This document shows positions 36,388-45,171 of a DNA stretch of 63,075 bases, piece after piece. The notes under the pieces were generated by a model. That model made no database searches, was not told where the DNA came from, and saw only the letters and a program-made list of their open reading frames with translations. Numbering within the stretch: position 1 is the stretch's first letter; the number at the start of each line of letters is the position of its first letter. This DNA comes from Prevotellaceae bacterium (GTDB lineage Bacteria; Bacteroidota; Bacteroidia; Bacteroidales; UBA932), in NCBI GenBank assembly GCA_031270845.1, contig JAISXF010000032.1:1-63075 (forward strand). Direction: 5' to 3'. The translations under genes and the position numbers were made by a program.

Positions 36388-37101
36388 GAGAAGCTGTCGC
36401 AGGTATAGCTGTATGGTATTCTCCAGACCGAAGTACAGGGCATCGCAAATGAGGGCGTGGCCGATGGATACTTCGTCGAGCGACGGGATGCAGCGCCGGA
36501 AATACGACAGGTTGGCGAGGTTCAAATCGTGGCCGGCATTGAGGCCGATGTGTGCGGCCTGTGCGGCCTGCGCCGCGCGGACAAACGGCGCAATGGCCTG
36601 TTCGCGGTCGTACCGGTAGCGTGCGGCGTAGGGTTCGGTATAGAGTTCGACGCGGTCGGCGCCCGTGTCGGCGGCGCGGCCGACGGTATCGGCATCGGCC
36701 TTGACAAACAGGGACGTGCGGATGCCCTGCGCCCGGAACACGGCCACCGTGTCGCGCAAAAACCGGGCGTGCCGGCGGACATCCCAGCCGGCCGACGAGG
36801 TAATGGCGTCATGGGCATCGGGAACCAGCGTAACCTGGTCGGGACAGACCTCAAGGACAAGCGCCACAAACGAGTCCACAGGATTGCCTTCGATATTGAA
36901 TTCGGTACCGACAACGGACTTAAGCGCCCGCACATCATCGTAGCGGATATGCCGCCCGTCGGGGCGCGGGTGGACGGTGATGCCCTGCGCACCGAAGCGC
37001 TCACAGTCGGCGGCCACCTGCACGACGTCGGGCACCGCACCCCCGCGCGCATTCCGCAGCGTGGCCACCTTATTAATATTTACACTCAGACGGGTCGGCA
37101 T
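36373..37101 (-). CDS. pdxJ: Pyridoxine 5'-phosphate synthase
   Basis: 242 aa. [60 protein letters not shown]. Confidence 0.92.
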   Translation of the reverse strand: MPTRLSVNINKVATLRNARGGAVPDVVQVAADCERFGAQGITVHPRPDGRHIRYDDVRALKSVVGTEFNIEGNPVDSFVALVLEVCPDQVTLVPDAHDAITSSAGWDVRRHARFLRDTVAVFRAQGIRTSLFVKADADTVGRAADTGADRVELYTEPYAARYRYDREQAIAPFVRAAQAAQAAHIGLNAGHDLNLANLSYFRRCIPSLDEVSIGHALICDALYFGLENTIQLYLRQLLNYEL

Positions 37102-37112
37102 GGAGAGACTGG

Positions 37113-38153
37113 TTATGGCGTCGGTACGGCCAGTTTATAACCGACGCCCTTGATGGTGATGATTTGCACCGACGGGTCGTCGCTCAGCAGTTTCCGCAGC
37201 CGGCCGATGTAGGTATCGAGACTGCGCGAATAGACAAACCCCGTGCCTTCCCAGTATTTTTCGAGCAACAGGTCGCGCCCTACTACATTGCCGGCATTTG
37301 CGCACAGCTCGTACAGCAGGGCGTTCTCTTTCCGCGCTAAAGTAACGGTTTGCCCGAAGCCCTGCAGTTCATTTTTTGTATAATCAAATATAAAATGCCC
37401 TAACGGGAATGCTGCCGACGGTTCTGCCGCTGCCGACAATACCGCCTTCTCCGACCGGGCGCGGCGGCCGACAGCATGCATCGACAAGCCGGCACATGCG
37501 CCGGTAAGCACCAGCAGAACCGACGAGATGAGCACCCCCGTGCGCATCCGGTGCAGCACCGACGTCGGCGAAAACTGCAGGTTGGCGCGCAGGCTTTCGG
37601 CTTCCGAGAGCGGGACGGTCAGCGTATCTGTAACGGCCGTTACCGGATGTGCCGCACCGGGCATCTCCGACGACTCGAGCACCGCGCCCGTCGCCCGGTG
37701 GTAGCGTTCGATGACAAACGAAATCGCCATATCGCGTGCGAACAGCTCGCCCGCGAAAAGGTCGGCAAGGCAGTACAGGTTGAGCGGCACCAGGCTCTCG
37801 CGCAGTTCGCGGAAGGCCTGGTTAAGCACTGTCTCCATCGACTGCCCCGACACATTGTCGTAGATTACCGTATCGGGGTCGGGGCAATGCCGGATGATAC
37901 GTATTTCCTCCTTCCCGCAGCTTTCGATGGTCAGGTTGCCCGGCGGCACAATGCTGTTGACGGGTATCCGGTATGTCTGTTCTTTTTGGCAGGCCTGCTC
38001 GAAGGCCACCGCGATGTCGGCCATAAACTGTTGCCGCGTTAAGCGGTATGACTGATGCAACCAGAACACCTGCAAGGCCAGCAGCGCTGCGATACCCGCC
38101 CCGCAGAGCGCAGCGGGCGCCTGTATTCGAAACCATTTTTGTAGTGAAATCAT
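37113..38153 (-). CDS. Membrane-anchored transcriptional regulator with a C-terminal OmpR/PhoB-type winged-helix DNA-binding domain and no receiver domain
   Basis: N-terminal TM ([21 protein letters not shown]), a ~170-aa middle domain, a second TM ([20 protein letters not shown]), then wHTH ..[54 protein letters not shown] prefer ATG 38153; the track start at 38159 is TTG. Confidence 0.7.
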   Translation of the reverse strand: MISLQKWFRIQAPAALCGAGIAALLALQVFWLHQSYRLTRQQFMADIAVAFEQACQKEQTYRIPVNSIVPPGNLTIESCGKEEIRIIRHCPDPDTVIYDNVSGQSMETVLNQAFRELRESLVPLNLYCLADLFAGELFARDMAISFVIERYHRATGAVLESSEMPGAAHPVTAVTDTLTVPLSEAESLRANLQFSPTSVLHRMRTGVLISSVLLVLTGACAGLSMHAVGRRARSEKAVLSAAAEPSAAFPLGHFIFDYTKNELQGFGQTVTLARKENALLYELCANAGNVVGRDLLLEKYWEGTGFVYSRSLDTYIGRLRKLLSDDPSVQIITIKGVGYKLAVPTP

Positions 38154-38202
38154 GCACAAAGATAGCGTTTTTTGAATTAGGAATAATACCGTTTTTTTTA
38201 CC

Positions 38203-38210
38203 TACATTTG
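38203..38210 (+). promoter_or_regulatory. -7 box TACATTTG upstream of the orphan TolC gene
   Basis: ccTACATTTGtc, 53 nt before ATG 38263. Confidence 0.45.
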
Positions 38211-38262
38211 TCCCTTGATATTTCATCCCGCTACCGGCGGAAAATATAAATGATAAATTAAT

Positions 38263-39660
38263 ATGATGCGTCTCTTCCTCCTCCTCGTTCTGTGCAGCAT
38301 AGCGCCCGTAGCCCGGGCGCAGACCTTCCTTTCGCTGGACAGTTGCCGGACGCTGGCGCTGGCGCACAATACCCGCGCAAAAGCAGCGCAGGCACAGGTC
38401 GAAAAAATGCAGTATGAAACAAATGCCTACCACGCTAACTTTTTTCCGCGCATCTCCCTGCAGGGGATGTACCTGCTCTCGAGCGGGGAGTTCGACTACC
38501 GCAACCATTATGATTTATATAATACCCCTATCCCGGCGCTTGTCGGCATGCTGCCGCCTGTTTCCGGATTGGACAACGCCTTCCTCGACCGCCTGTACCG
38601 AAGCATCGCGCTCGATTTGGACATCACCGTGAAGCCCCATAATACCTACATGGCCGGCATTCGCTTTGAACAGCCGGTGTTCATGGGCGGCAAAATCACA
38701 ACCGCCTACCGGATGGCGCAAATAGGGAAGCAGATGGCACAACTGAACCTGATGCGCTCACGCGAGGAGCTTGTTCTCCAAACCGACCGTGCCTATTGGG
38801 AATACGTTAAGACGCTCGAACTGTACCGCACGGCGCTGGCTTACCGCGATGCCGTCGGGCAGGTGTGCAACGACGCCCAAAACGGCGTGGAGACAGGCCT
38901 GCTGCCGGAAAACGACCGGCTAAAGGCACAGGTACGGCTCGGCGAAGCCGGACTGCTGCTGCGGCAGGCGGAAAACGGGCGACGGCTGGCGCAGATAAAC
39001 CTCTGTATGACCGTCGGGCTGCCGCTCTTAACCCCCGTCGCCCCCCTGGATTCCCTGCCCGACACCGCCGCTGCCCGACGGCTGGAAACAACGCCCGATG
39101 TAACCGCCCGCACGGAATATGCCTTACTGAATAAACAAATAGAATTACAACGGCAGCAGATTAACCTGGCGCGAAGTGCGTTTTTGCCGCAGATAGGCAT
39201 TACGGGCGGCTATATGTACCTCAACGGGATGACGTTCAACGGCGGCAAATTGCTCGACGAGGCGTCGTTCTCGGCGCTGGTATCGTTCTCGGTTCCGATT
39301 ACGCAATGGAGCGAAGGCGTTCACCGTATCCGCGCAGCGCGCGCCGACCTGCGCATCGCCGAATACCGGATGCAGGAAACCCTCGAGAGGCTCTTCCTGG
39401 AGATAGTGAAAACAGAAAATACGCTCGACGAAGCAGCGCTGCAAACCGCCATCGCCCGCGACGAGTACGCACAGGCTGCCGAAAACCTTCGCATCCGGCA
39501 CGACCGCTACGAGGTAGGATTGGAAAGCCTCGCCTCGCTGCTCGAAGCGCAAGCCCTGTGGCAACAGGCCTCAAGCCGGTACATCGAAGCCAAAGCCGCC
39601 CTGCGTATCGCCGAAACCGACTACCTCCGCGTAACGGGACAATTAGAAATTAAAAATTAG
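38263..39660 (+). CDS. TolC-family outer-membrane efflux protein (no adjacent pump genes)
   Basis: 465 aa with a signal peptide. Two OEP-type coiled-coil/beta repeats (..LSLDSCRTLALAHN.., ..AKAALRIAETDYLRVTG..). Confidence 0.85.
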   Translation: MMRLFLLLVLCSIAPVARAQTFLSLDSCRTLALAHNTRAKAAQAQVEKMQYETNAYHANFFPRISLQGMYLLSSGEFDYRNHYDLYNTPIPALVGMLPPVSGLDNAFLDRLYRSIALDLDITVKPHNTYMAGIRFEQPVFMGGKITTAYRMAQIGKQMAQLNLMRSREELVLQTDRAYWEYVKTLELYRTALAYRDAVGQVCNDAQNGVETGLLPENDRLKAQVRLGEAGLLLRQAENGRRLAQINLCMTVGLPLLTPVAPLDSLPDTAAARRLETTPDVTARTEYALLNKQIELQRQQINLARSAFLPQIGITGGYMYLNGMTFNGGKLLDEASFSALVSFSVPITQWSEGVHRIRAARADLRIAEYRMQETLERLFLEIVKTENTLDEAALQTAIARDEYAQAAENLRIRHDRYEVGLESLASLLEAQALWQQASSRYIEAKAALRIAETDYLRVTGQLEIKN

Positions 39661-39661
39661 A
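39641..39661. repeat. Heptamer array AATTAGA AATTAAA AATTAGA
   Basis: It encodes the last residues (LEIKN) and the TAG stop (39658-39660) of the TolC gene. A solitary CGTAATT follows at 39675-39681. Confidence 0.85.
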
Positions 39662-39687
39662 AAGGATTTCGGTTCGTAATTAAAAAG

Positions 39688-40413
39688 ATGCTCGAGAAAC
39701 TCACAGCCATCGTTCTGCACACGAAGAAATACAGGGAAAGCAGCCTGCTGGTATATGCCTATACCAATGTTTTCGGGCGGCAAACCTATGTGGTCAATGG
39801 CGTGCGTTCCGAAAAAAACAAAACAGGCATGGCGCTCTTCCAGCCGCTGACACTGCTCGATGCCGTGGCGTACCACAATCCGAAGAGCGATATGCAGCGG
39901 CTCTACGAGTATCGCCTCCGGTGGCCGCTGCACAGTATCCCGTTTAATATTACGAAAAATGCGCAGGCGCTGTTCATCGGCGAGGTGCTTTACAAGACCA
40001 TCCGCGAGCAGGAGCCTAACGCCGAGCTGTTCGATTTCCTTTTCCGCGCCATTATGGATTTGGATGCGTTGGAGCAGGGCATCGCCAATTTTCATTTATA
40101 TTTCCTCGTGCACCTCCTCCGCTATCTGGGCTATGCGCCGGGCAACAGGTATTTCTTTGAGACGCCTTATTTCGATGTGCCGTCCGGCGAGTTTATCCCT
40201 TTCCGCCCGTCCCACGACCTGTTTTTTGATGCGCCGCAAACACAGCTATTCGCTGCGCTGCTGCAGGCGTCGCCCGGACAGTTGTCGCAAATTGCGCTGC
40301 GCCGCGAACAGCGAAATCGCTTTATCGACAACATGCTCTCTTTCCTCAATCACCACTTCGACATGCCGGTGCCTATACACTCGGCGGCTGTTTTGCAAGC
40401 TGTTTTCGGGTAG
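39688..40413 (+). CDS. recO: DNA repair protein RecO
   Basis: 241 aa. N-terminal OB-fold pattern LTAIVLHTKKYRESSLLVYAYTNVFGRQTYVVNGVRS, with size and helical C-terminal half typical of RecO. Confidence 0.8.
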   Translation: MLEKLTAIVLHTKKYRESSLLVYAYTNVFGRQTYVVNGVRSEKNKTGMALFQPLTLLDAVAYHNPKSDMQRLYEYRLRWPLHSIPFNITKNAQALFIGEVLYKTIREQEPNAELFDFLFRAIMDLDALEQGIANFHLYFLVHLLRYLGYAPGNRYFFETPYFDVPSGEFIPFRPSHDLFFDAPQTQLFAALLQASPGQLSQIALRREQRNRFIDNMLSFLNHHFDMPVPIHSAAVLQAVFG

Positions 40414-40419
40414 GTTTGC

Positions 40420-41970
40420 TTAACCCTCATTCCGCAGCCGGTCTTCAAACGCCGCTAAGGCGGCCTTGGCGCCATCGCCCATGGCGATAATGATTTGCTT
40501 GTAGGGAGCCGTTGTTACATCGCCTGCCGCGTAGATACCCGGCCGGTTAGTGCGCCCGTGCACATCGACCTCTATTTCGCCCGTGCGGGTGGTGGTTACG
40601 AGGTCTTTGAACGCGGCGCTGTTGGCCGACAGGCCGATTTGTACAAAAATACCGTCGAGTTCCACAACCCGCTCGCTGCCTGTCCGGCGGTCTTTAACGC
40701 GGATGCCGGTTACTTTCGCCCCGTTTCCAATCACTTCGGTGGTTTGCGACGAAAGAAAGATTTCGACATTGGGCAGACTCTTGGCTTTTTCCTGCAATAC
40801 GCGGTCGGCTTTCAGCTCGTCTAAAAACTCAAAAACCGTAACGTTGGAGCAAATCCCCGCCAGGTCGATGGCCGCTTCGATGCCGGAGTTGCCCCCGCCA
40901 ATCACCGCCACGCGCTTGCCTTTGTAGAACGGCCCGTCGCAATGCGGGCAGAAAGCTACTCCGTGGCCGATATACTGCTGTTCGCCGGGCACATTGAGCC
41001 TGCGCCAGCTTGCGCCGGTGGCAATAATCACGGCCGGCGCGACAAACCGTTCGCCGCCGGCGACAGATACGATTTTGTCATGGCCGTCGATGGTTATCGT
41101 TTCCACCCGCCGGTACTCCAGCAAATCGACAGGGTAGGCGAGGAGGTGCGTTTTCAGGTTGCCGGCCAGCGCTTCGCCGGTGGTATAGGGCACGGAGATA
41201 AGGTTCTCGATGCCGACGGTTTCCTTCACCTGTCCGCCAATGCGTTCGGCCAGCACCGCCACTTTTAAGCCTTTCCGGGCGGAATAAATCGCCGCCGCAC
41301 TGCCTGCCGGCCCGCTGCCGACAACTACTACATCGTACCGCTTAACGGCTGTCGATGCCGGCGCGGTATCCGTTCCGTAACGGGCTTCTAATTTGCTCAG
41401 CAGTTCCCCGAAATCGGCTTTGCCTGCGTGAATCATTTGCCCGCCGGCAAATACGGCCGGAACACCCTGCAGGTTGAGCGCCTCGACCTCGGCCTGATAG
41501 ATGGCGCCATCGACCATTTCGTGATGAATGCCGTCGTTGAGCAGCGCCATGAGGTTGAGCGACTGCACGACGTCGGGGCAATTCGTACACGAGAGCGACA
41601 CGTAAGTCGTCAGGCGAATATCGCCCTTTAACGCCCTCACGCGGGCGCAGGTGGCGGCGTCGGGAATATTTTTCCCTTTGCCGTCGCTGTTGAGGATGGC
41701 CAGCAGCAGCGAGGAAAATTCATGGCCTGTGGGGATGCCGCGAAACGCGATGCGCGTATCAAGCCCGTTTTTCCACAGCGAAAATGCCAGCGACGCACCG
41801 TCCTGTATCCGGCAGGTGATTTTGCCGGAGCATCCGGCAACGTCGTTTAGCAGCGCAAGCAATTCGCTGCGGTTTTCGTGTTGGGGCGGCGCGGTTGCCG
41901 CAAGCACATAGTCGGCCTCCAAGCCGGCCAAAATGCCTTGTACCTGTTCTTTTAACGTTGAATCTAACAT
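40420..41970 (-). CDS. ahpF: Alkyl hydroperoxide reductase subunit F
   Basis: 516 aa from ATG 41970 (MLDSTLKEQV). Colinear with E. coli AhpF: N-terminal redox CxxC (SLSCTNCPDV), FAD site VVVGSGPAGSAAAIYSARKG, active site CPHCDGPFYKGKRVAVIGGGNSG, and ..AAGDVTTAPYKQIIIAMGDGAKAAL. Confidence 0.92.
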   Translation of the reverse strand: MLDSTLKEQVQGILAGLEADYVLAATAPPQHENRSELLALLNDVAGCSGKITCRIQDGASLAFSLWKNGLDTRIAFRGIPTGHEFSSLLLAILNSDGKGKNIPDAATCARVRALKGDIRLTTYVSLSCTNCPDVVQSLNLMALLNDGIHHEMVDGAIYQAEVEALNLQGVPAVFAGGQMIHAGKADFGELLSKLEARYGTDTAPASTAVKRYDVVVVGSGPAGSAAAIYSARKGLKVAVLAERIGGQVKETVGIENLISVPYTTGEALAGNLKTHLLAYPVDLLEYRRVETITIDGHDKIVSVAGGERFVAPAVIIATGASWRRLNVPGEQQYIGHGVAFCPHCDGPFYKGKRVAVIGGGNSGIEAAIDLAGICSNVTVFEFLDELKADRVLQEKAKSLPNVEIFLSSQTTEVIGNGAKVTGIRVKDRRTGSERVVELDGIFVQIGLSANSAAFKDLVTTTRTGEIEVDVHGRTNRPGIYAAGDVTTAPYKQIIIAMGDGAKAALAAFEDRLRNEG

Positions 41971-41984
41971 ACTCTTTTTTCCTG

Positions 41985-41992
41985 CAAAAGTA
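41985..41992 (-). promoter_or_regulatory. -7 box TACTTTTG upstream of ahpF
   Basis: The plus strand reads caaaagta, 15 nt upstream of ATG 41970. Confidence 0.45.
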
Positions 41993-42063
41993 CGACGACT
42001 TGCCGAGAGCATCAAACTGATTTTTTTTATTGCAGGATAGATGCACTTTATCTATCCCGGTTC

Positions 42064-44046
42064 TCAATAATCGTCCGCCGCATCGACGGTCATGTCATTA
42101 TCTATTAAGCGCCGGTTATATTGCTGGTGGAATGCGCGGAAGTATTGCAACAACGGTTGCAGAGGCGCCTGCGGCGCCTCTGCAACCGCCTGCAGGCGGT
42201 TGCGCCGCAGCATAATATCATGTTCGTAGTTATACAGCGCTACCGGTTCGTCGTCGCCGGTTTGGAGCACCCAGTCGCCGGCATAGATATTATAAAACCC
42301 ACCGAAGTTGATGGCGAAATTTCGGGTCGTGTCGGCCGAAAACAGATCGAAGCCAAAGGCAAAATACGGGCGGTCGTAGTGCAGGTACCCCAGCAGCGAA
42401 GGCATAATATCAATCTGCTGTGTAACGCGCACCGGCTCCACCTTCGCCGCCAGCCCGCCCGAAGGATCATAATATATAACCGGTATCAGGAACGCGCCGA
42501 TGGCGGTCTTGCTTTTCGCGTACGACACCTGGTTGGTATGGTCGGCGGTAATCACAAAGACGGTGTTCGCAAACCACGGCATTTGCGATGCGGTTGCGAA
42601 AAAGCGGCGCAGCGCCAGGTCGGTATAGCCCACGCAGGGGTGAATTTCTTCCGTCCCTTTCGGAAATACGCCTTCGTAAGCCTTTGGCACCCGAAAGGGA
42701 TGATGCGACGTAGCCGTAAACACCGTGGCGAAAAACGGCTCCGTTTTCCGGTCGAGCGTTTGCGCCATGAATTGCAGAAAAGGCTCGTCCCAGATAGCCC
42801 ACAGGCCGTCGAAATCGGCATCGTTATGGTACTCGTTTTTCCCGTAATAATGCTGGAAGCCGGCCATGCGCGCAAAAGCGTCGAAGCCCATCGAACCGTT
42901 GGGCGCGCCGTGAAAGAACGAGCAGTCGTATCCCTTTTCGGCCAGCAGCGTCGCGAGGCCTCGAATGGTATTATTCGAATAAACCGATAACACATACGGC
43001 TCCGGGAACGACGGGATACTTGCCAGCACCGACGGCATGGCGTCGATCGATTTCAGGCCGTTGCCGAACGAGTGCGCAAAGGTATAGCTGTGCGTTATCA
43101 ACGAGTCGAGGAAGGGCGTGTAGCCGGTGTACGTGCTGTCGTCAAGCTCGCGGTTGAACGCCCCGATGTACTCCTTGCTCAGGCTTTCGACAATAATAAT
43201 GACCACATTCTTGGGCGTAAAAGCGGTCGCGGTGTCTGCCGGCCGGTGCACCGGCGAATAGACGGCTTCGAGCGCTTCCGGCGAATCGAACCACGAGAGC
43301 CGCTTATAAGCTGTCCGGCTTAACGTTTTATACACCGAAAACGGCGTCGAGAGGACAATCCCTATTTCCGCCGGCCGATTCACGCAGGCTGCGGCATTGC
43401 TGATCGTTATCGGTCGGGTACTGTACGCAAACCCGCCGCGCACGCCGCCGACAAACAGGGTCATGCTGACGGCCATCGCGATCGTGCCGACCGGATAATA
43501 AATCCATCGGTTCCGGATTAGCGGTACGGCGCACACCGGCACGCGCCGGTACAGCCAAACCATACCCGCGACCAGCGCCGCAAGGAGGATAAACAGGTAC
43601 CAGTATTCGGCGGCGAACCGGCCCATGAGCGCAACATTCCCCCGGTCGTTTGAAAATTCTTCGAGCGCCGACCAGGTCGTTCGCCGCATTGTGAAGCGGA
43701 AATACGCCATATCCACGCAATTCATCGCCAGGGCGATGCTATTGGTGAGGTAGAATATCCATGCCAGCGCCCGCTGGTATATGGCCTGATGCCGGAAGCG
43801 GAAAGGAATAATATAGCCGACAATAAAAACAATATTCGTATAGAGCACCGCCACGAGGTCGAAGCGCAGCCCGTGCCGGAGCAGGTGGAGCAAATGCCCG
43901 GCGGTCATGTCGGGGTACAGGTCGGCATTGAAGGCATAGAAGAGGATGCGGGCAAGGCTGAACAGCCCCATCGCTATGCCCAGCCGCACCACGAGGGCGG
44001 TATAGAGATGCCCCCTGAAGAAAGAGAGTAAGGGATATTTTTTCAT
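42064..44046 (-). CDS. LTA synthase-family sulfatase-fold membrane protein (phosphoglycerol/phosphoethanolamine transferase-like)
   Basis: 660 aa. Five N-terminal TM helices, then an alkaline-phosphatase-superfamily domain (NVVIIIVESLS..; ..TADHTNQ..). Confidence 0.8.
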   Translation of the reverse strand: MKKYPLLSFFRGHLYTALVVRLGIAMGLFSLARILFYAFNADLYPDMTAGHLLHLLRHGLRFDLVAVLYTNIVFIVGYIIPFRFRHQAIYQRALAWIFYLTNSIALAMNCVDMAYFRFTMRRTTWSALEEFSNDRGNVALMGRFAAEYWYLFILLAALVAGMVWLYRRVPVCAVPLIRNRWIYYPVGTIAMAVSMTLFVGGVRGGFAYSTRPITISNAAACVNRPAEIGIVLSTPFSVYKTLSRTAYKRLSWFDSPEALEAVYSPVHRPADTATAFTPKNVVIIIVESLSKEYIGAFNRELDDSTYTGYTPFLDSLITHSYTFAHSFGNGLKSIDAMPSVLASIPSFPEPYVLSVYSNNTIRGLATLLAEKGYDCSFFHGAPNGSMGFDAFARMAGFQHYYGKNEYHNDADFDGLWAIWDEPFLQFMAQTLDRKTEPFFATVFTATSHHPFRVPKAYEGVFPKGTEEIHPCVGYTDLALRRFFATASQMPWFANTVFVITADHTNQVSYAKSKTAIGAFLIPVIYYDPSGGLAAKVEPVRVTQQIDIMPSLLGYLHYDRPYFAFGFDLFSADTTRNFAINFGGFYNIYAGDWVLQTGDDEPVALYNYEHDIMLRRNRLQAVAEAPQAPLQPLLQYFRAFHQQYNRRLIDNDMTVDAADDY

Positions 44047-44050
44047 GCCT

Positions 44051-44058
44051 CAAAAGTA
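44051..44058 (-). promoter_or_regulatory. -7 box TACTTTTG only 4 nt from the ATG of the LTA synthase-family gene
   Basis: The plus strand reads caaaagta at 44051-44058, and the start-codon complement cat is at 44044-44046. The spacing predicts a leaderless or near-leaderless mRNA. Confidence 0.4.
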
Positions 44059-44120
44059 CGCAATTTTCCGTAAGGAGAAAATTTCTGCGCTTCTTTTTTG
44101 GAACTAATTGAAATTTCCTA

Positions 44121-44128
44121 TAATTTTG
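44121..44128 (+). promoter_or_regulatory. -7 box TAATTTTG upstream of the lytic transglycosylase gene
   Basis: cTAATTTTGcg, 24 nt before ATG 44152. Confidence 0.5.
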
Positions 44129-44151
44129 CGCCCTCAATTAAAAATATAATT

Positions 44152-45093
44152 ATGATAAGAACCCCTCTGATGCCAACGCTATTATTCCTGTGCGCATTCC
44201 TTTTCCTGTCGATCACGGCAGGCATTTCGCACCACGCGGATGCCGGCCCTTTACCGCAGGACGACGCCGGTACGCCTTTCCGGCAAACGATTGCCAATCC
44301 CCCCCTGCCCGAAGCCCTCGATTTTGCCGGCGAACCGGTGCCGCTGCATCTTTTCGATGTGCGCGAAGCCTTGCAGCGCGAGCTAACCGTGCTCTGCTAC
44401 TGGCATTCGAGTATGATTTATACCATGCAGCTCGCCGGCCGGTTTTTCCCGATTATCGAGCCGGTGCTGCGCGACGAGGGCGTGCCCGACGATTTCAAAT
44501 ACCTCTGCATCGCCGAAAGCAACCTGCAGCAGGCCGTATCGCCGATGAAAGCCGTCGGGTTCTGGCAGTTTCTGGAACAGACGGCCAAAGAATACGGCTT
44601 AGAAATTAACGCCGAAATCGACGAGCGTTACCATATCGAAAAAGCGACGCGCGCCGCCTGCGCATACCTCAAAAAAGCCCGCGAGAAATACGGCTCCTGG
44701 GCGATGGCCGCCGCCTCGTATAACGTGGGCCACAAGAACCTCGAGCGCTATATTGCGCGCCAGCAGCAGCACTCCTACTATAACCTGCTGCTGCCCGAAG
44801 AGACCGGCCGCTATCTGTACCGTGCCGCCGTTTTCAAATTAATTCACACCGCGCCTGCCCTGTATGGATTCCACATCCACGCCGGCGACCGCTTTAAGCC
44901 TCTCCAGTGGACAGAGGTTAAAATCGACGGCGCCATCGACGACTGGGCGGCCTTTGCCGCCGACCATGGCACGAATTATAAAATCTTCAAATATTTTAAC
45001 CCCTGGCTGCGCGATGCCGGCCTGGTTAATGCCGGCAAAAAAACCTATACCGTAAAAATCCCAAAGCCCGGCTTCCGGGAAGCGGCGCCCTGA
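44152..45093 (+). CDS. Lytic transglycosylase (SLT domain) protein
   Basis: 313 aa from ATG 44152 (MIRTPLMPTLLFLCAF; the track start at 44098 is TTG). SLT motif block YLCIAESNLQQAVSPMKAVGFWQFLEQTAKEYGL..AAASYNVG. Confidence 0.8.
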   Translation: MIRTPLMPTLLFLCAFLFLSITAGISHHADAGPLPQDDAGTPFRQTIANPPLPEALDFAGEPVPLHLFDVREALQRELTVLCYWHSSMIYTMQLAGRFFPIIEPVLRDEGVPDDFKYLCIAESNLQQAVSPMKAVGFWQFLEQTAKEYGLEINAEIDERYHIEKATRAACAYLKKAREKYGSWAMAAASYNVGHKNLERYIARQQQHSYYNLLLPEETGRYLYRAAVFKLIHTAPALYGFHIHAGDRFKPLQWTEVKIDGAIDDWAAFAADHGTNYKIFKYFNPWLRDAGLVNAGKKTYTVKIPKPGFREAAP

Positions 45094-45116
45094 AGCAACC
45101 CGTTGCGTCCCCTAAC

Positions 45117-45150
45117 AAAAAAGCCCCCGCCGGAAAGCAGGGGCTTTTTT
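45117..45150. terminator. Bidirectional terminator between two convergent genes
   Basis: AAAAAA-GCCCCcGC-CGGAAA-GCaGGGGC-TTTTTT. Confidence 0.65.
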
Positions 45151-45171
45151 GATGGGGGGAGGGGCCTGTTA

